Assembly: GCF_963921235.1 (NCBI RefSeq)
Contig: NC_086097.1
Location: 159,156,001 to 159,220,000, forward strand
DNA length: 64,000 nt
Reading direction: 5' to 3'
Source of the DNA: Mobula hypostoma
Lineage: Eukaryota
Part shown: positions 48,298 to 60,590 of the stretch, piece by piece
Layout: every line of letters begins with the position of its first letter
Position numbering within the stretch: position 1 is the first letter of the stretch
The notes under the pieces: generated by a model
What the model saw: only the letters and a program-made list of their open reading frames with translations
Database searches by the model: none
What the model was told of the DNA's origin: nothing
Made by a program: the position numbers and the translations under genes

Positions 48298-48494
48298 TCC
48301 TTTTCACACATTGTGGTGCATCGGATGGCACTTTTGCCATTTCTGTAGCATTTGACTGTTTATTTAATGAGGCTGAGTTGCTAGCTCAATGCTCATCCCT
48401 GCACAGATGGAAAGCATGCAAGAAGCTGGCTGGATTCGAACTCTGGCCCATTCGCCTCAGTGTCTGGTGCTGATGCCACTACACCACCAGCGGC
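48298..48494 (-). mobile_element. Short tRNA-derived SINE (~200 bp), a different family from the V-SINEs
   Basis: Minus strand begins gccgctggtggtgtagtggc (A box) ... gagttcgaatcc (B box). Confidence 0.78.
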
Positions 48495-48513
48495 AATTAC
48501 AGGGTATTGCTAA

Positions 48514-48621
48514 TGTGACAGGGTCCTGAATTACCCCTATGAACTGTGCTCGATTACTCCTATGAACTGTGCTTTTGAAAAAAGAGAGAGAGAGAGTTAT
48601 TTAATACCGTCATGTTGTTTT

Positions 48622-48658
<37 letters not shown>

Positions 48659-49209
48659 AGACTAACTATTGGACTGTCACCTTAAGGTATGAGAAAGAAC
48701 TGGCTAACTTTTGGATTTCTGCTGAGTTGGAGACAGCACCGAGCAGCTCGCAAGTTGCTATGGTGACTGAGGGCATTACTTGATGGACAATTGATGTTAT
48801 GATTTTTCGGCAGCGTGTTGATACTTCTCAAAGACATTTGCCTGCTTGAATTTCTTACACAGAGAGAGGAAGGAGGAGTTATTTGAATGACAGCTGGTAT
48901 CCAGTATGGTGAGATAAATAGGAGGTCAGATGATGTAGACCTCAGACACATGTTTTGGACACTGAATGAGCTTTGTTGTGCCCTCAGAAAAGTGGGGTTT
49001 TTGGAGGATCATCAGGCAGATTGATCAGTGACTCTTGCAGTGAAAAGAAAAGGCAGTGATTGGTGGGGAGTTGTCCATGTGTCCACCCTTGCCTGGGTGA
49101 TAGCTCCACCACAGAAAAACGGTCCTCTTTGTTGTGGTCACAGTCAGTGACTTTTAAAGGATTTCGGAGGACAACGAGAAGATCGACGGCGTCAGCTCAC
49201 CAGAAGACT

Positions 49210-49247
<38 letters not shown>

Positions 49248-49537
49248 ACTTCACAACTCAATACCACAAACTGAACTGAACTGAACTTTACTCATCTCAT
49301 GGTAAGACAGTATCTTTTTACCTCTAGACTTGAAGAAGCTTGGTTTTCATATATATTCCCACACTTACTGATATACTTACTTATATATATAATCATTGCT
49401 AATCTCTTTGATTTATCTACATTTATATTACTGTATTGCGTAGTTACTAATAAATATTATTATTTAATAGCAATACTGGACTCCAAAGTGTTTTCCATTT
49501 CTGTTGGTTCTTTATTCCTGTCACGGGGTATGTGACA
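48514..49537. mobile_element. Solo LTR (1024 bp)
   Basis: Starts TGTGACA and ends TGTGACA (TG..CA). 4-bp TSD CTAA at 48510-48513 and 49538-49541. Internal (GA)n and (CT)n tracts; aataaa near the 3' end. Confidence 0.8.
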
Positions 49538-49589
49538 CTAAGGCAAAATCTTACCAGTTTTATGTATATAATATTGATATTTATTTAAA

Positions 49590-49830
49590 GAAAGAGATTT
49601 GGTATGTCATTAAAGACTGTAGCAAATTTCTACAGATGTACCACGGGGAGCATTCTGACTGGTTGCATCATTGGCTGGTACAGAGGTTGCAACGGTTACA
49701 GAATATTGTTGTCTCAGTCAGTTCCATTTCAGTCACAAGCCTCCCCACCATTGAGGACATGTTTAAAAAACATTGCCTCAAGAAAATAGCATCAATAGTT
49801 AAAATCCCCAGCATTAATGACATGCCCTCT
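49590..49830 (+). mobile_element. Rex1/Babar 3' fragment
   Basis: 'ANFYRCTTGSILTGCIIGWY' (49604-49789). Confidence 0.75.
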
Positions 49831-49834
49831 CAAA

Positions 49835-50700
49835 GAGCCATAGAACACAACAGCACAGAACCACGCCCTGCAGTCCATCTGGTTCCATTTCTAAAGCATT
49901 GAAAACTCTTCATTCTAGCCTGTGCTGAACTGTTATTCTGCCTAGTTCCATTGAGCTGTACCTGAGCCATAGCCTCCCAGCCACGTAATTATCGAAATTT
50001 CTCCTAAATGTTGCAGTCGAACCAGCATCCACCACCTCCGCTGGCAGCTCATTCCACACTCGCACCACCTTCTGGGTGAAGAAGTTTCCCTTCAGTTCCC
50101 CTTAAATGCTTGACGTTTCACCCTGAATATATTTTCCTTTGGATGCTCTGATTTCCTCCAACATTCCAAAGGTGTATGGGATGGGGTCAGTAAATTGTGG
50201 GCACACTGTGATGTATGATGATATTTGTGGGCTGCCCCCAGCACAATCTTTGCTGATTGATTGTTTATTCATCTCCATAGGAGCTACCTGACCTGCTGAG
50301 TTCCTCCAGCATTTTGTATGTGCTTCCCTGGATTCCAGCATCAGCAGAATCTTGTGTTTATGAGAGAAGATGTGATTGAATCGTGTCAGATTCTGAGGGG
50401 TCTTTACAGGATGGATGTTAAGCAATGTTTCCTTTTATGAAAACACTGGAACCAGGATTGCCATTCAAAGCTGTGTTCACTCACTTAAAGCAGTAAGAAT
50501 TTCAACTCATTTTTATCATGCAGTTGTGCAATAAAAACAGAGTGTTAGAAAACTTTGTTTCTGGTAGAGGTGGGTAGGGACCGAGAAGTTACAGCACAGA
50601 GCTGGGAATGTAAACTTGAATTACAATTAGAACAGCTTGATCTTATAAAATCCTGGATTTGAGGGGCCAAGTGGTTTTAATGTGGCCTACTTTACAAGTG
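49835..50700. mobile_element. Mosaic of short fragments: CR1 tail (minus), V-SINE core, Penelope pLTR tail, old CR1
   Basis: ctggcagctcattccacactcgcaccacc (CR1); tttcctccaacattccaaagg (V-SINE); gacctgctgagttcctccagcatttt (pLTR). Confidence 0.55.
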
Positions 50701-50756
50701 CATGAACATATATGTTTGCTTGTTCCATTAAAGATGTAATTTTATTGATATGTAGA

Positions 50757-53115
50757 GAGATAGATAAATACTTTATTAATCCTAAAGGGAATTACAGTGC
50801 CACAGTAGCATTATAATTCACAGATATACAGTATTAGAGGAGAAGTAAGAAGAATAAATAAAAATAAATTTTCTGGAACAGTTTAACAGGGGGGGATTAT
50901 CACTTCCCTGGCTATAGGTTGACTCATTATAGAGCCTTGTGGCCAAGGGTAATATTGACCTCATATAGTGCTCTTTGGAGCAGCGCAGTTGTCTAAGTCT
51001 TTTACTAAAAGTGCTCCTCTGTTCCGGTAAGGTGGCATGCAGAGGGTGAAAAACACTGTCCAGAATTGCCAGGATTTTCTGTAGGGTACTTTGTTCTGCC
51101 ATAGCCTCCAGTCTCCTATAACAGAGCCAGCCCTTCTAAACAATTAATTGAGCCTGCTGGCATCACCTGTATTGATGCCATTGCTCCAGAACTCCACTGC
51201 ATAGAAGACAGTACTGGCAACAACAGGCTGGTAGAACATGTGAAGGAGAGGCCTGCATACTCCAAAGGACCACAGTCTGCTCAGGAAGTAGAGGTGACTC
51301 TGGCCCTTCTTGTGCACAGCCTCCGTGTTGGTTCTCCACTCAGGTTTGTCATCGAGGTCCACCACCCCAGGTGCTTGTAGGTCCCAACCACATTTATGTC
51401 TAACAGGGAGCAGTGCAGGCTTAGTCTTCCTAAAGTCCATCACCATCTCCTTTGTCTTTCTGATGTTGAGCTGCAGATGATTCAGCTTGCACCATTCGAC
51501 AAAGTGCTTCACTAGGGCACTGTATCCATCCCCCTGGCCTCCCTATACACCCAACTATTGCTGAGTCAGAGAATTTCTGCAGATGACATGACTGTGTTAC
51601 ATTTAAAGTCCGAGGTATACAGGGTATACAGGGAGGAAGCCACTACAGACCCCTGAGGGCCCCCAGTGCTGCTTATAGCCACCTCTGATGCACAGCTGTG
51701 AAGTTGCACACTGTAGTCTGCCAGTCAGGTAATCCATTATCCGGGATACAATGAAAGTGCCAGCCTGCATTGAATGGAGCTTTTCCCCCAGCAATGGGTA
51801 CTGTACAGTATTGAAGACACTTGAGAAATCAAAAAAACATGATCCTCACAGTGCTGCCTTGCTTATCCACTTGGGAGGAGACTTTGTTCAGCAGGTAGAT
51901 GGCAGCATTGTCGACTGAAATGTGCTCCTGGTGGGCAAACTGTAAGGGATCAAGGACTGATCTGACCATGGGTTGGAGGTGAGCCAGGTCGAGCCTCTCT
52001 GGGGTCTTCATGATGTGCAAGGTCAGGGCCACTGGACTGTCTCATTCAAGACTTTTGGTCGGCCTTTCTTGGGTGCTGGGACCACACACAATGTTTTCGA
52101 GACAGTTGGGACCCTTTCCAGTTGGAGACTCAGATTGAAAATGTGCTGGCGAGCTCCACACAACTGCTCAGCACACTCCTTCAGGGCTCACACCATCTGG
52201 TCCCAATGCTTTGCTGTGTCTGAATTTCCCCAGAGCCCAGGTGAAGGGCAATTCTGAAACCTATTAAAGAATTGGTTTGACTCACTAGCTCATTCACGGC
52301 TGCATTCTAGGCTGATTGAAGCCAGTGATGCTCTTCTTGCCTCTCCACACCTCCTGTGTGCTACTCTGCCAAAGCCTGTTCTCCAGCTCTCTCCTGTAGT
52401 CCTCTTTGGCCACCTCAATCCTCTACTTTAACTCCCTCTGCACATGTTTCAGTTCCTCACTGTCTCCTGTTCTAAAAGCTCCCTTTTTGTGGTTGAGAAG
52501 AGCCTTTAGATCACTGGTGACCAATGGTTTGTTGGTAGGGAAGCAGCGAACAGTCGTTGATGGAATTACGGTGGCCACACAGAAGATGATGTAGCCAGTG
52601 GTACAATCAGTAAGTCCGTTAATGTCCTTCCTGTATGGTTCACAAAGCACATTTCAGTCAGTAACCTCAAAGCAGCCCCTCAAGGCCTCGATGGCCTCTG
52701 GAGACCATTTCTTTACTGCTATGGTGGTAACTAGCTGTTGCTGCACTTTGGGCTTATACAAGGTCATGAGGTGAACCAGATTGTGATCTGATCTTTGAAG
52801 ACGCGGGAGTGCGGTGGAGCAGTAAGCATCTTTAACATTTGCAGAGAAGAGATCCAGTGTTTTATTTCCTCTTGTATAATACGTGACAAACTGATCGAAG
52901 GTGGATAGGGTTGTTGAGAGAGAAACATGGTTGAAGTCTCCTGATACTACAATGAACGCATTGGGGCATTGAGTCTGGAGTCTCGCAATGGCAGTGTGTA
53001 TGACATCACACGCAGCATCGGGACTGCACTGGGAAGGCGGAATATAGACACAAACAATATGGCATGTTTAAGCTCACATGGTAGATAAAACAGAAGCAAA
53101 TTCATAGCAAGAAGT
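50757..53115 (-). mobile_element. Rex1/Babar LINE (second subfamily), endonuclease to 3' end, decayed
   Basis: 'FVEWCKLNHLQLNIRKTKEMVMDFRK' (51144-51512); 'LDPLQFAH..VRIMFF' (51829-52032); 'RCFPTNKP' (52423-52650); GDFNH and SDHN endonuclease motifs at ~52780-52945; tail gatagataaatactttatt. Confidence 0.88.
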
Positions 53116-53384
53116 GAAATATGTAATGTGGTTAAAGAAACATGGAATGTTGGTGGTAGGTAATGAGGCTTGGATTAACTGGAAAAAAGCAGGTGTAAAA
53201 CTGCGAAGTGCATTCGGCATATCAGGAATTCCAGATAGCATGGCATGGATAAGAAACTGTTGATGCTGAAATAGGGTTGGGCTTATTGAACATATATTCT
53301 AAACAGGCACATTTAATGTATGGAATAATATTCCCCATCTATAATTATCACGGACTATTCAGGTTTGCCTACCAAAGGCAGAGC

Positions 53385-53800
53385 GTGTATTTTGCTTGGA
53401 GGTTGGTGACCAGTGGTCTTCCACAGGAATCTGTTCTGGGACAAGATGATAAGAGGCATCAGTGGAGTGTACAGCCACATACTTTATTTTTCCCAGGGCA
53501 GAAGTGGCTAATATGAGGGGGTATACAGTGAGGTGATTGGAGGAAAGTATAGTGGGGATGTTGGAAGTATGTTTTTTTTTACACAGAGACGTAGGTGTAT
53601 TCAACTTGCTGCCAGGCATGGTGGTAAAGGCAGATAAATTAGGGGCATTTTAAGAGACGCTTAGATTGGTACGTGGATGAAAAATTAGAGGGCAATGTTT
53701 GAGGGAAGGGTTAAATTGATCTTGGATTAGGTTAAATGATTAGCACAACATCATGGGCAGAAGGGCCTGCCATGTGCTCTGGTGTGCTGTTCTACAACAT
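53385..53800 (+). mobile_element. CR1 fragment with internal deletion
   Basis: 'WRLVTSGLPQESVLG' is joined directly to the ORF2 C-terminus and 3' tail. Confidence 0.7.
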
Positions 53801-54699
53801 GCTCTGTATGTTAGGGTACACATTCTATCACCCATGACAGAGAATGATACAGATACATTTAGGAATAAAGAAATGAAAACTGTCTGAACAATATAGGATT
53901 TGTTCTAACACAATTTTCCGAAAACAATGTATCTGGATGGAGCAAATAAATGACAAAGTTGTCTTTATGCAGCATTAATAGTGACAGGACTTCTGAGATC
54001 ATTTTATGGGATACTATTAACGTTCATCCAAATAACACTGATAAACAGAGCAGCCCTCATGTGTCAAGCAGCTTGTTTTGAAGTGTGATGAATTCAATGG
54101 ATTGGGGGAAAATAAACAACTGGGGAATACCGAAGATTTTCAGAAGGAATACCAACCAGCTGTGTAAAAATTCTGTAGTATTTCTCTCCACTGCATTTAT
54201 TTTCATGTCTGCCTTTTCAACTTATTCTGATAGAATCAAGGAATCATTGAAATTTCCAGCACGAAGGAGACTGTTTGGCCCTTCATTGTGATTCAAGGTC
54301 AGCTGTTTGAATGATCAAAATTCATTGTAAACAACTAAAGCATTAAGGCAAGTTGCAGCACCCCATTAAAAGATTAAAGGGCATTCAATGCAACTTAACA
54401 GCATGATCCATATTTATTTTAGTCACACAGGAAAGGCTGACAATTTGCTCTCATACATGTTTTATTCGTGCAATATCTCAATTACTTCTTTAATTGTGGG
54501 ATAGGACCAGAGGGAACAAAACCTTAAGTGGCTCAGAGATTTTGATTGTTTTATTGCCCAGTAAAAGACTATAATACACAGAATACGGTCAGTTGAATAG
54601 AAGAATGGTAAGGCCAGAACACATTTTCAGGGAAAGGAGCAGATTAGCCTGTTCACACAATTCTATCGAGTGCTCAAGCATGCAATCAGCCATTACTCC

Positions 54700-55400
54700 C
54701 CATATATAAAGGGATCTTAAGGTTCAAGTCCATAGCTCCCTGGAACTGATGAGTCCGATGGGCTGGTAATAAAGGTGAATGCCATGCTTGAATTTATTAG
54801 TGAAGGCATTGAATTCAAATGTCAGGAACTTCATAAAATTCTGGTTAGGCTGCATCGGGATTGTTGCATTCAGTTCTGGCCGCTCCTTTATGGGAAGGAT
54901 GTGGAGGCTTTGGAGAGGGTGAGGAAGAGATTTACCAGGATGTTGCCAGGATTAGAGGGCATGTGCTGTACACAGAGGTTGGATGAACTTAAGTTGCATT
55001 CTCTAGAATGACAGAGGCTGAGGAGAGACCTAATAGAAGGTAATAAGATTATGGCAGGTATAGTAAAGTGGACAGCTGGTATCTTTACTCCAGGGTCAAA
55101 ATGTCTAATATTAGAGAGCATGCATTTAGCATGAAGGGAGCAAGTTCAAAGGCTATGTGCAAGGCAGGTTATTTTACACAGAGATTTGTGAGTGCCTAGA
55201 ATGTGCTTGTAGGGGCCGTGCTGGAAGCAAATATGACATTTAAGAGGCTCTTGGATAGGCACATGAATGAGTAGGGAATGGAGGGTTACGCACATTGTGG
55301 AGACAGAAGAGGTTACTTTTGTTAGGTGTTTAATTACTAGTTGAATTAGATTGCAACAACATTGTGGGTCAAAGGGCTTGCTCCTCTGCTTTGTTTGACG
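54700..55400 (+). mobile_element. CR1 3' fragment
   Basis: ORF 54775-55011 'CIQFWP..ALERVRKRFTRMLPGL'. Confidence 0.85.
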
Positions 55401-55513
55401 TTCTTAGCATTTAGGTCTGGAAAACTTACTCAGAGCCATATGGATGGAATATGGGTCGAGAATGTTGGGGGATTTAAAGTGATTGTTGACCTGCAGAGAT
55501 AATTCAAATGTCA

Positions 55514-55752
55514 GCAACACACATCAAAGTTGCTGGTGAACGCAGCAGGCCAAGCAGCATCTATAGGAAGAGGCGCAGTCGACGTTTCAGGCCGAGACCC
55601 ATCGCCAGTCCTAGTCCTGACGATGGGTCTCGGCCTGAAACGTCGACTGCGCCTCTTCCTATAGATGCTGCCTGGCCTGCTGCGTTCACCAGCAACTTTG
55701 ATGTGTGTTGCTTGAATTTCCAGCATCTGCAGAATTCCTGTTGTTTGCGTTT
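55514..55752 (+). mobile_element. 239-bp fold-back mini-element made of Penelope pLTR, with hammerhead motif
   Basis: 91-bp inverted arms 55514-55604 / 55621-55711 with one mismatch. Exact 14-bp TSD taattcaaatgtca (55500-55513, 55753-55766). Confidence 0.93.
55613..55648 (+). ncRNA. Minimal type I hammerhead ribozyme motif
   Basis: AGTC-CTGACGA-T-GGGTCTCGGCCT-GAAACGTC-GACT; predicted GUC cleavage triplet at 55642-55644. Confidence 0.75.
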
Positions 55753-56869
55753 TAATTCAAATGTCATGGTCTTGGAGCCAGCTGGTCAGAATGAATAATT
55801 AATAGTGGAGTTAGCTGGAATGTCAAGGTGGTCAGTGGTAGAAGCAAGGTTATGGGCAGCAGGACGTCACCATACTTGACACTCGAAACATATCCCAAGC
55901 ACAATGGTAAATCACCTGGAAGAGCTGGCGGTTTATCATGTCCCAGGAGGCAGAGAGAATGGAAGGTTGGGGCCGTCAATTTATAGCTGTATGGCGAAAC
56001 TCCTGCTACTCCAGGTCCACAAGAAAACTACGATTTAAATAAAAACATATTTCAGGAATACTTACTGCTTTGTGATCTCTTCCAGGGCAGTGTGGGGTTA
56101 ATATTGGAAGATATCAAGAGTTTCAGCTCCATTCTACAAAATTTCCTCAAGTACCCAGAAGTGAATGAACGAAAACAGCAAGGTAATAAACAAAAGGTAT
56201 TTAATTATTCATCATCGACCTATCACCTTCCAAGACATGATATTTCCATTATCTCAACAGCTCAGAATCTACTCTGTTACACACAATAATTTCAGTCGCT
56301 GCCCTGCCCAGCCACTATCACCACCGCTGCTAGTCAAGTATTCATCACCTTCCGTAAAAAAAAGCACTCATTAATCCTTGAGCAGCTGCTTTATTAAGAA
56401 GGTATTCTACTCTGCCTATCCATGACACTGTGATGACAAATCCTGATCTCAACTATTAATTAGGGTTTGTTAATTTGAAAGATCATGCCCTCTACTTCTT
56501 TGTTTACAGACAAAATTAAATAATCTCCTTAAATTTGTGGTATCCACCCATTTTGAGCAGTTTAAACACTGATTGTGTCTTCTGCAAATCTTCTTTCTTC
56601 AGATCATCTTATTATCCACTTAAATTTGTTAATTACATCCTTTCCGCTCACCCACACATTCTACTTCTCATTGTTTAAATCTCTCCAGCCTGTTCTCCGT
56701 TGGGTAGACAGGATTTTGCCTGAGGCCCTCTCTCACAACTGTTAAAGAAAATTCTGGGGTCAAGGCAGAAAGTCTTTTGCAAAGGCAGCTACCATGTTGT
56801 GATGCTGTTTCATCGACAAATTCTTTTCAAACTTGATTCCACATTGATTGGAACGTAGAACTTGGGAAC

Positions 56870-57200
56870 CCCTACCACCCACGTCATGCCTTCTTCTCAC
56901 TACTGCCATCAGAAAGAAGGTACGGGAGCCTCAGGACTCGCACCGACAGATTCAGGAACAGTTATTCAGTTATTACCCTTTAGCCATCAGGCTCCTGAAA
57001 CAGCGGGGCTAACTTTACTCAACTTCACTTGCTCCATCACTGAAAAATTCACACAACCTATGAACTCACTTTCAATGACTCTATATTTCATGTTCTCAAT
57101 ATTTACTGCCTATTTATTTATTATTATTTTGCACTTGCACAGTTTGTTGTCTTTTGGATACTTGTTGTCTGCCCTGCTGGTGCAGTCTTTCATTGATTCT
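56870..57200 (+). mobile_element. Rex1/Babar-type 3' tail
   Basis: cttctcactactgccatcag..aaggtacgggagcctcaggac..gattcaggaacagtt. Confidence 0.7.
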
Positions 57201-57204
57201 GACG

Positions 57205-57880
57205 AACGGAGCATTTCCCGTTTGTTCTGGCGGTGGGGTCTCACCTGTATATCGGTGAGACCCGATGTAGATTCGGAAACCACTTTGCTGAGCATCTACA
57301 CTCTGTCCACCAGAACAAGCGGGATCTCCCATTGACCACCCATTTCAATTCTACTTCCCATTCCCATATGTTCATCCATGGTCTCCTCAGCTGTCGCGAT
57401 GAGGCCACACTTAGGTTGGAGGAACAACGCCTTGTATTCCGTTTGATAGCCTACAACCTAATGGCATGAACATCAATTTCGTAAACTTCCAGTAATGCCT
57501 CCCCTCCACCCTTCACCATTTCCCATCCTCTCTTCCCCCTTTCATGTTATCTCCTTGCCTGCCTCTGGTGCTACTCCTCCCCACCTTTTTCCTTTCTTCC
57601 ATGGCCCTCTGTCTCTTTCATCAATCAACTTTCTAGCTCTTCGCTTCATCCTTCCCCCTTTAAGTTTCACTTATCGCTTGGTGTTTTCATCTCTCTCTCT
57701 CCAGCCACCCCCAACCCCACCTTTCAGCCTTTCACCACTGCCCCCAACCTTTCAAATCTATTCCTCAGCATTTTTTTCTCCAGACCTGCCAAAGGGTTTC
57801 GGCCTGAAATGTCGACTGTGCTTTTTTCCATAGATGCTGCCTGGCCTGCTAAGTTCCTCCAGCATTTTGTGTGTGTTACA
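57205..57880 (+). mobile_element. Penelope-like fragment (GIY-YIG C-terminus plus pLTR)
   Basis: ORF 57233-57469 'LYIGETRCRFGNHFAEHLHSV..LRLEEQRLVFRL'; degenerate hammerhead at ~57781-57818. Confidence 0.88.
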
Positions 57881-57904
57881 TTAAAACTAATGCCCTGATT
57901 CATA

Positions 57905-59470
57905 AGGTTGTGTGGAAATAGCAAATGGCTGATTGTGGACTTCAGGAAGGGTAAGACAAGGGAACATGAACGAATCCTTATAGAGAGAGTGAGCAATTTG
58001 AAGTTCCTGGGATGTTAAGATCTCTGAGAGTCTAACCTATTCCCAACATATTGATGCAGCTATAAAGAAGGCACAGACATGAGGAAGTCTGCAGATGCTG
58101 GAAATTCAAGCAACACAAACAAAAAATGCTGGTGAACGCAGCAGGCCAGACAGCATCTATAGGAAGAGGTACAGTCGAAGTTTCAGGCCGAGACCCTTCG
58201 TCTGGACTAACTGAAAGAAGAGATAGTAAGAGATTTGAAAGTGGGAGGGGGAGTGGGAGATCTGAAATGATTGGAGGAGGGGGAGGGATGGAGCTAAGAG
58301 TTGGAAAGTTGAATGGCAAAAGGGATACAAGGCTGGAGAAGGGAGAGGATCATGGGACGGGAAGCCTAGGGAGAAAGAAAGGGGGAGGAGAGCCCAGAGG
58401 ATGGAGAGCAGGCAAGGAGTTATAGTGAGAAGGACAGAGGGAGAAAAAAGAGAGAGAGGAAAAAGGGGAGAAAAAAAAATTTAAAAAAAATAAATAAATA
58501 AGAAATGGAGTATGAAGGGGAGGAGTGGCATTAGCTGAAGTTAGAGAAGTCAATGTTCATGCCATCAGGTTGGGGGCCACCTAGACGGAATATAAGGTGT
58601 TGTTCCTCCAACTTGAGTGTGGCTTCATCTTTACAGTAGAGGAGGCTGTGGATAGACATATCAGAATGGGAATGGGATGTGGAATTAAAATGTGTGGCCA
58701 CTGGGAGATCCTGCTTTCTCTGGCGGACAGAGCGTAGATGTTCAGCAAAGCGGTCTCCCAGTCTGCGTCGGGTCTCGCCAATATATAGAAGGCCGCACCG
58801 GGAGCACTGAACGCAGTATATCACCCCAGCCGACTCACAGGTGAAGTGTCGCCTCACCTGGAAGGCCCCAGCCAACTCACAGGTGAAGTGTCAAGACAGC
58901 AGCTATATCTCATTAGGAGTTTAAAGAGATTTGGTTTGTCACTGAAAACACTCGAAAACTTATATAGATGTATCTTGGAGAGTATTCTGACAGGCTGTAT
59001 TACTGTCTGATGGGGGAGGGTCTGTGGCACAGAACTGAAAGAAGCTTCAGAAAGTTGTAAAATTACTCAGTTCCATCATGGTATCCAAGACATCTGCAAG
59101 GAGTGGTGCCTCAGAAAGGTGCCGTCCATTATTAGAGACACCCATTACCCAGGACATGCCCTCTTCTCACTGTTACCATCAGGTAGGAGGTACAGAAGCC
59201 TGAAGCCACACACTCAGCGATTCAGGAACAGCTTCTTCCCTTCTGGCATACAATTCATAAATGGACAGTGAACTCCTAAATACGACCTCACTTTTTTCAT
59301 ATATATTACTTCTGTTTTTGTACCATTTTAAATCATATATATATTTACCGTAATTGATCTATTTATTTATGTTTTTTCTCTTTCTATATTATCATGTATT
59401 GCATTGTACTGCTGCTAAGTTAACAAATTTCATGACACAGCCAGTGATAATAAACCTGATTCCGGTCTGG
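57905..59470 (+). mobile_element. Rex1/Babar LINE 3' part, interrupted by a Penelope insertion
   Basis: ctgattgtggacttcaggaagggtaag..aagttcctggg; ..tataaagaaggca | caagacagcagctata.. resumes at ~58893; tail taataaacctgattc. Confidence 0.85.
58073..58892 (-). mobile_element. Penelope-like fragment (GIY-YIG plus pLTR)
   Basis: ORF 58531-58875 'VIYCVQCSRCGLLYIGETRRRLGDRFAEHLRSV'; pLTR ~58075-58530; 26-bp duplication at the 5' junction. Confidence 0.92.
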
Positions 59471-59571
59471 CTGCAAACTTTAAGATTGTCTTTTAAATTA
59501 ATCTTTTCTGGTAATGTGCTTTCCAGATATGTTTAAGGGTAATTTTCTTTTTTTGTGTTTTGGTATATTTA

Positions 59572-59945
59572 ACATAGAAACATTGAAACATAGAAAATAG
59601 GTGCAGGAGTAGGCCATTCGGCCCTTCGAGCCTGCATCGCCATTTATTATGATCATGGCTGATCATCCAACTCAGAACCCAGCCTTCCCTCCATACCCCC
59701 TGATCCCCGTAGCCACAAGGGCCATATCTAACTCCCTGTTAAATATAGCCAATGAACTGGCCTCAACTGTTTCCTGTGGCAGAGAATTCCACAGATGCAC
59801 CACTCTCTGTGTGAAGAAGTTTTTCCTAATCTCAGTCCTAAAAGGCTTCCCCCTTATCCTCAAACTGTGACCCCTCATTCTGGACTTCCCCAACATCGGG
59901 AACAATCTTCCTGCATCTAGCCTGTCCAATCCCTTTAGGATTTTA
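59572..59945 (-). mobile_element. Young CR1 3' fragment
   Basis: Near-identical to the reverse complement of ~34400-34770; possible TSD tttaaca (59568-59574, 59942-59948). Confidence 0.92.
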
Positions 59946-60590
59946 ACAGCCAATAATGTCTACACATGAACCTGATTTACATTCTCAGAATAAAAAAACC
60001 CTGTTTCAAATACATTCCAGTACTTTCAATAGACAGTATAAAGAAACACCCTCTCTAACAGAAAAGATAAAAGGCTGGATGTATAGCAGACAGCCAATCA
60101 ATCACCGCCAATCAAATACACAATGCTGAAGTTGGAAGGTCATCATATAAAGTTAGAAAATGTCTCCTTTTGCAGTTGGTACATGTTAAAATTGGTGTCA
60201 AGTCTAGATTAGTCATGCTGAATTCTTTTCTGCTTGAAATTTTTATTTGACAAACATGACCAGATGAAAGAGGTTTATATTTTCAGCAACAATAGCAACA
60301 TAATCTGAGCTGCAGCAGACGAATTATGAGAACTAGGGTGGAACAGCTAACTGGTGCTGAGTTAATGGGAGAATTGGATAAGCATATTACTTGAAATTGT
60401 TCTTAGTGCTAGGTTCCAGGGGTTGGAACATCTTGGGCAGTTACTCCTAAAGCAACACTCAAATAGACCTCACAGGTTTGCTTCATCATAAGTAAATATT
60501 GGCATTTTCAGTTCATGGATGCATCAGTGGAACTTCTAGAAGAGGTGCCCAGACATATATTACACGCCATTGGTTGTCCAATCATCTGCA

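Noticed and set aside
48400..48494. Possible tRNA gene
   Set aside because: A and B boxes are present, but I see no complete cloverleaf and it runs into a SINE body. Annotated as a SINE head.
55508..55798. Mirror-image ORFs on both strands (ATHIKVAGERSRP...)
   Set aside because: Artefact of the 91-bp inverted repeat in non-coding pLTR sequence.
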